Below are positions 58,501 to 64,000 of a stretch of 64,000 nt of DNA, piece by piece. The notes under the pieces are model-generated. The model was not told where the DNA came from. It did no database searches and saw only the letters and a list, made by a program, of their open reading frames with translations. The stretch is from positions 176,103 through 240,102 of the forward strand of contig NW_005434647.1 of assembly GCF_000315625.1 (NCBI RefSeq). Reading direction: 5' to 3'. Position numbers and translations under genes: made by a program. Numbering within the stretch: position 1 is the stretch's first letter; every line of letters starts with the position of its first letter. This DNA comes from Guillardia theta CCMP2712 (taxonomy: Eukaryota; Protista; Cryptophyta).

Positions 58501-59786
58501 GACCTGATCAAGTTGATGATTGAGATGATGGATATGAGCCAACCATTTCGAGCTAAGTCCGGGCAGCATCCCGGCATACCATACAAGCTTCTCTATTGCT
58601 CCACTAGGAGGTGAAGTAAAACAACCCTCACATCGAAGGTGCAAACAACCATTATATCGAAGGTGCGATGACACAAGAACCGTTGTGTGGAACATGTTAC
58701 GCGGATGAAGGAGTCTGGTATTCGTGTGTGCACGTATAGGCAAAGTATCCGTCACTGCAATACAGACCTGACAACTAGCAGATAGAAGACTTCATGGGGA
58801 ATTGCACCTTCGTACTGCCACAAGCCATAAAACGAGTTGGATGATTGATCGTAGCTGCGTTGAACAACATGATTCGCTTGACTGGGCTCGATCCTGAACG
58901 TTCAAGTAGAGGCACACCATTGATCGTTTTCATCGTGTCTAGCCTGGTTTGCTTGTCCCGCCCATGGGTTTTCTCCCCATCTTTTCCAGCACTGATGACC
59001 CCTGGTGAGATAACGCGCTGCATGTTCTCTTGCGGCTACGCCGAGAAACTCCGGGCTGTATTTGTTAGCACGCATACCTTCCAGAGTCTTCCACTAGCTA
59101 TAGGCTCTCATGTTCTCCGCTGCCATCATGGCGGTCGTCGTTCGCTCTCCTTGTCACTCCTCTGGTGACTAGAAGGGCAAACCGGAGCAAACAAAGGAGG
59201 GGGAGGATAGAGCCTACAAACCCGCCTCAATAAAATACTAGGAAACGAAGGAGGCAGCGAAAACCGGCACTCCAACCACGTAAGCGACGGCATGCACGAC
59301 AAGCAGGGGAACAAGGATCAGGACAAAGAGCAGTAGCGCAAGGCCCCTGCGAGGAGGACGGATAGTGAAACACGCGCAAGGGGCGGATCTCCTGAGTTAA
59401 CTAAAGATATCAGTCACCCCGTGCACGATAGGTGGCCGGGTGCCGCCTGTTTTACTGCGGAGCCCCCGGGTCTGAGCGGGAAGGAGGGGTATCTGTATGA
59501 AATGCACACCACACAAACTTGACGGGGGGGCATGCAGAGCGAGAGGAGGGGAGGGAGAGGTATGGAGATAGTCAGAGAGCACACCACACAAACTTAGGGA
59601 GAGGGAGGATGAGAGGATAGGTAGATAGAGTATGAGGTAGATGGACGGCCTGCTAGACACCCTGGAAGGTGATTGGAGGCGATGGCGCCGAAAGCAAGGA
59701 ACGAGGGTTGCGAGAGTGCAAGAGTACAAGAGAGAAGGACAACCAGAGATAAACAGTCAGAGAGGGAGAGATTGGATTCATCTCGA

Positions 59787-62706
59787 ATGACGTCTTGTTA
59801 CAGGCCAGCCTGCACTCCCATGAAGGCCAAATCTGTGTACCTCACTGGGAAACTCATATGTGGCGGGACAAGCGTGTCGAGGAGCATGCGCGTAACGCCA
59901 CAGTTGACTGCAATTGTGCACCCCAAGTGGATCAGGTCCGATGGACTGACGCATCAGCTTTGCCTTCATGCCCGGAGCAGACAGCTGCAGCTGGTAAGCA
60001 GCCAGTGCTATACCACATGTGCAAGGGGAGGGCGATCGCGGCCGCAGGAGGCAACTAGGGAGCGATGGTTTCACTCTAGCAGAGTCTTGGGTCATGACGT
60101 GCGGAAGATTAAGGATGTTGCTCGTGAGGACGCCAAGGGCGAGGAGGGCAAGCCGGACGACGAGGCCAACCACCGAGAGGCGCTCAACGTGACGTACCTT
60201 GGACTCGGGAAGAACATTGTGTTGTGCGTCGGGAAAGGTAATTGTGGCGTGTTGACCTTGTGCTCTTGCTCCCGTGTGGGCGCCCCACTGCTCTACTTCC
60301 GCATCCTTCCTGTCTCTACATCTCTCTATCTCTCTGTCTCTCCCCCGCCCCCCCCCCCTTTCCCCCACTTTCTCCTTCTCCCTCCCTCCCCCCCCCCTCC
60401 CTCTCCCGGCGATATTGTCCTCCGGTGTCGTCCTACATCGCACTTTGTAATGTCCCTTGCTGCTGCTTCCCAGGCGTTTTCGGCGTCACCGCCAACTCCT
60501 CGGCTCTCATAGCCGACGCCATTCACTCGCTCTCCGACATGGTCGCTGACCTTGTCGCCCTCGCCACCCTCAAAGTTGCACATCTTCCAGCAGACAAGAA
60601 ATACCCCTACGGTCAGCTGCCCCCCCTCCTCCTCCTTCATCTCCTCCTTCATCATCTCCTTCCCCTTCTTCCTTGTTTGTTGAGCCACCATGATGATTCC
60701 AACTGTCTTTCTGCTCTTTTTTTCTCTCCTCCTCTTGCTCTTGTGGTTTCTCTCTTCTTCTTCTTGATCTCTCTTCCTCGGCCCGATATTGATCGAACCG
60801 CAGGGCACGGCAAGTTCGAGTCCATCGGGGCCCTGTGTGTGAGTCGTGCTAGCGAATAGGTCGATGACAGCTGGGGTATGACTATCTGTCAAGGTGTCGA
60901 GCATGCTTGTTGCTGCTGGCGGTGGGCTTGCCTATCACTCTGTCGAGCTGCTGCAGGTCTGCCATTTCTTGCTTGCACGAACGAGGGACGTGACTCGGGC
61001 AGGCGGTGGAGGGAGCAGCGGTACCCACGGCTGCAGCGCTGTGGATCAGCATGGCGGCGATCGGGCTCAACGAGGCTCTGTTCCACATCACGCTCAAGGC
61101 TGGCAACCGAGCAAGAAGTCAGACAGTGATAGCCAACGCCTGGCATCATCGATCAGACGCCTGTCAGACCACTTGCTCCCCCAAGCTTCTGTTTGACAAA
61201 CCCGATGATCCCCCCGCTCCTTCTCCCTCTCTCACGTTTGCTGTTCATGTCTTCAACATGAAATTCCTTCCTCCTCCCCTTCCTCCTCCTTGCCCACTCC
61301 CCTGCTCGAACTCATCTTTTCTGTCAGTGTCTTCTGTGGTTGCCATGGTCGGTATTGGCGCAGCCATGTCCGGCTATCCCATCATGGACCCGATCGCTGC
61401 TGGAGTCGTTGGACTCATGATAGCAAAGACCGGTATGTCCTTCACTTCCTTGTGCGATCTCATTCATCTGCTTTCGCCTTCTCTCCTCCTTCTTGTCATC
61501 ATCCTCTACCTCCTTTCCGTCTCCTCCTCGAGTAACTCGTTTGATTGCTTTCCTCTGTCCCCTCTCTTTCAAACGTCTCTGACGCAACCAAGGAGGAGAG
61601 ATGGTCCTTCAGAGCGTGCGGGAACTCACTGACGCCAACGAGGAGGATTTCATTGAGGTACTCGGACCCGACAGTCCCCCCTAGCTCCTGACTTGCTGTA
61701 GGCTCTGGCAGAGACCATAGGAGCAGTTCCAGGTTCATTGTCTGTCTTGCCTTCTTGTTGCCTGCTGCTCCCTGCGCTAACATGCTCTTGTTGCAATCGC
61801 CACTTTGTTTGCTGCTTCGTCGTGGATGCTCTCGAACTCCTGAAGGTGTCTCGAGGATTCAAGCTGTCCGCCATCGCCGTATGGGTCCTTATCACATCGT
61901 CGATGCTCAGATCGAAGTTCAGTGCGAGTTGTCTGTGTCTGCTGCGTCCCAGGTCTCCCCTTCCATCTCCTCCTCCTCCTCCTCATCATCATCATCACCA
62001 CCACCACCACCACCACCACCTTTCTTGAGCTCTTCTGGCTCTACTTTCTCTTCTTCTGCCCCTTCAGTAGCTGACTTCCAGCCGCCAGGTCGCTGACTCG
62101 GCTCGAGCTGCAGTGAAGCGCGAAATGCCGGAGGTTGTTTTGCAGGCTCTGCTCGCACGACTGACCTGACACTCTCTCGTCCTCCGCCTCCTGGCATCCG
62201 CAGGTAACAGAGATGATAGTCCATATCTCTCCAGNNNNNNNNNNNNNNNNNNNNNNNNNNNNNNNNNNNNNNNNNNNNNNNNNNNNNNNNNNNNNNNNNN
62301 NNNNNNNNNNNNNNNNNNNNNNNNNNNNNNNNNNCGGACATTCACCTTGAGCTGGAGGACCATTGCTGGGGTCAGTGCGGCCAGTCGCTGGGGTGAGTCC
62401 TGGGCGGACCTGACCTTTGCCCCGAGTTCCACCTCCTTCCTCCTCCCTTGTGCGCTCCTTCCTTGCATGCTTCCCCTTCTCTGCATCAAATTTCATCCCG
62501 GGGTCCTTCCGGGCCGACCTCCCGCGCCACCCCAGGCCCTCCTTTTTCCCATCCGATGGCTCTCCTTTGCCTTGCTTACTTGCTCTGAGTTGCTCGCACG
62601 CAGCCCAACATGCGCCATCGCTGCCAAGGCGGAGAAGCTGAACAAGCCCAAGAACAGCGAATTGGCTGCGAGCACCTTAAAGGAGAAGAGAGCGGCAAGC
62701 GTGTAG
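59787..62706 (+). CDS. Cation diffusion facilitator (MMT1/MMT2/FieF-like Fe/Zn transporter), probably mitochondrial; multi-exon, spans a gap
   Basis: SSALIADAIHSLSD, KYPYGHGKFES, ANAWHHRSDA, DPIAAGVVG, ELTD, RRMGPY motifs; Arg-rich N-terminal extension ending RWFHSSRVLGH. Both ends are approximate. Confidence 0.88.
62235..62334. other. Assembly gap (100 N)
   Basis: Run of n. Confidence 1.
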
Positions 62707-62709
62707 CCG

Positions 62710-63500
62710 ATGATTGACGCCGGGCTGCTGATAGCCTAACGCGACTCGCCCGGCCGAGTAGCGCATGCGCGTCATGGTAGGTCACCAGTGGTAGTCTAGA
62801 CGATGATCGGATCAGTGAAGTACTGGCCGCATGTAAGCCATTGAAAGATTCTCCAGCCTGGCAGGCTCGCCGGACTGACTCGCTCTCGGCCGGCCTGCCA
62901 TTCCGGCCCGCCGGCCCGGGTTGGAGTTCACTGTCCGACAGCAATCCGCCGTCACTGTGACCGCGGAGGGGGGGCGCGCCGCGGCTGAGGAGTCGGGCTG
63001 CCACTGCCAGTCCGACGGTCAGGAGTCGGCACCGACGGTGAGTGCCGCCGCGCGGCCCGCCGTGATCGGATTCCGCGGCGCCGTGACAGTGAATCGGACT
63101 GGCAGCGCCAAGTGACTCAGTCGGAATGGCCCCGGCCGGTACTAAATTCAAATGATTTGTGACTCAGTCCGCCGATCATCATGCTAAGCCCGGGCCGCAC
63201 CGTGACTCGGACCGTCACCGGGTGATCGGACCGTGTGACCGTGCCACTGCCAGGAAGTTCAATTCCGACATGATCCTCCGAGGCGGCTCCCCCGGCGGGC
63301 CCAACTTGGCCCCCGGGCGGCTCGGTCCTGACTCGCCGCGGAGTCCGAGTCCGGGGCCGGCGAGAGGCTGGCCGCGGCCCACTGCCAGCCTGGAGTGCGG
63401 GCCCCCGGGCCGGGCCCGGCGCTTCAGTTCAGAGTCGGAAGGCTTCAACCGGGACTCAGCCGACGGGCACTGGAGTGTGACTAGTCACAAGTTTTTCAGA
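62710..63500. repeat. GC-rich palindromic-word island
   Basis: Repeated TGACTCAGTC, GATCGGA, CCGGGCC and CACTGCCAG words. Confidence 0.6.
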
Positions 63501-63754
63501 CGGTCACTTGAAAGTTTCAGATGCGCCTCCATGATTTGTAGGCGGAATTGTTGACGAACAAACAAGTCGTGGAGGAGGGCGTGCAATCCGTTGCTCCTTC
63601 CGGGCAAGCTTTTCCGTCACTCTCCATGAGCATGCGTAGCAGAAGCGTCAGGATCTTGCTTCTTGCACTACTGCAGTGTGCTTCATGCTTCATTCTGCCG
63701 GGCCCGGGAGGTGTCAGCCAGTGCTCAACAAGATCGTTCTTGACATGCCGCAGC

Positions 63755-64000
63755 ATGCACGATAACAACGAGAAGGAGATGTGGTACGAAGAAAGAGTGT
63801 CTGAGAATCCCTCCAACGTAGAGAACCTGATCAAGTTTGCTCATTTCCTGCAAGGCATTGGTAAGTACGATCGAGCAGCGAAAATGTACAGCACAGCCCT
63901 GCAGTTCGATTCGGAGGAGGCAAGGAGGCAATCGTACGAAATTACAAACAGCAAAAATGCCTCCATCGAGATAAGATCCTGGGAGAAGACAGAGATCGCA
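63755..64000 (+). CDS. TPR-containing protein, partial (runs off the window; upstream exons possible)
   Basis: MHDNNEKEMWYEERVSENPSNVENLIKFAHFLQGIGKYDRAAKMYSTALQFDS has the TPR pattern. Confidence 0.6.
   Translation, partial: MHDNNEKEMWYEERVSENPSNVENLIKFAHFLQGIGKYDRAAKMYSTALQFDSEEARRQSYEITNSKNASIEIRSWEKTEIA

Noticed and set aside
58444-59168. Possible spliced gene on the - strand
   Set aside because: Upstream frames close with stops and no homology is recognisable.

Overview
Eukaryotic, intron-rich nuclear DNA, most likely from a cryptophyte alga such as Guillardia theta. This is an inference from short GT-AG introns, signal-peptide plus 'AF' plastid presequences, a TTTAGGG-type telomere remnant and 100-N scaffold gaps. 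Exon structures were assembled by eye. Genes in order: UTP10/HEATR1 3' end, plastid SQD2, a small tandem ribbon-helix-helix-like CxxC protein, ZRANB3, a head-to-head inverted duplication of a Cys-rich surface protein, intronless SEC23, a BRO1/ALIX protein with UIM and WW motifs, a small spliced hypothetical protein, plastid FtsH, a GPI-type Cys-rich protein, an ankyrin protein, WDR62/MAPKBP1, a probably plastid-targeted amidohydrolase, RPF1, an RST-like plus p300-type HAT protein, a CDF metal transporter and a TPR gene running off the end. Most notable: (1) two paralogous intronic box C/D snoRNAs in RPF1 that match the 18S site equivalent to yeast Cm1007 (snR79); (2) recurring GC-rich intergenic islands built from a small vocabulary of palindromic words, where two copies of one dispersed repeat differ by insertions of those same words; (3) a p300-like HAT lacking catalytic W1436/Y1467; (4) the ~1.65 kb inverted duplication with a scrambled junction.
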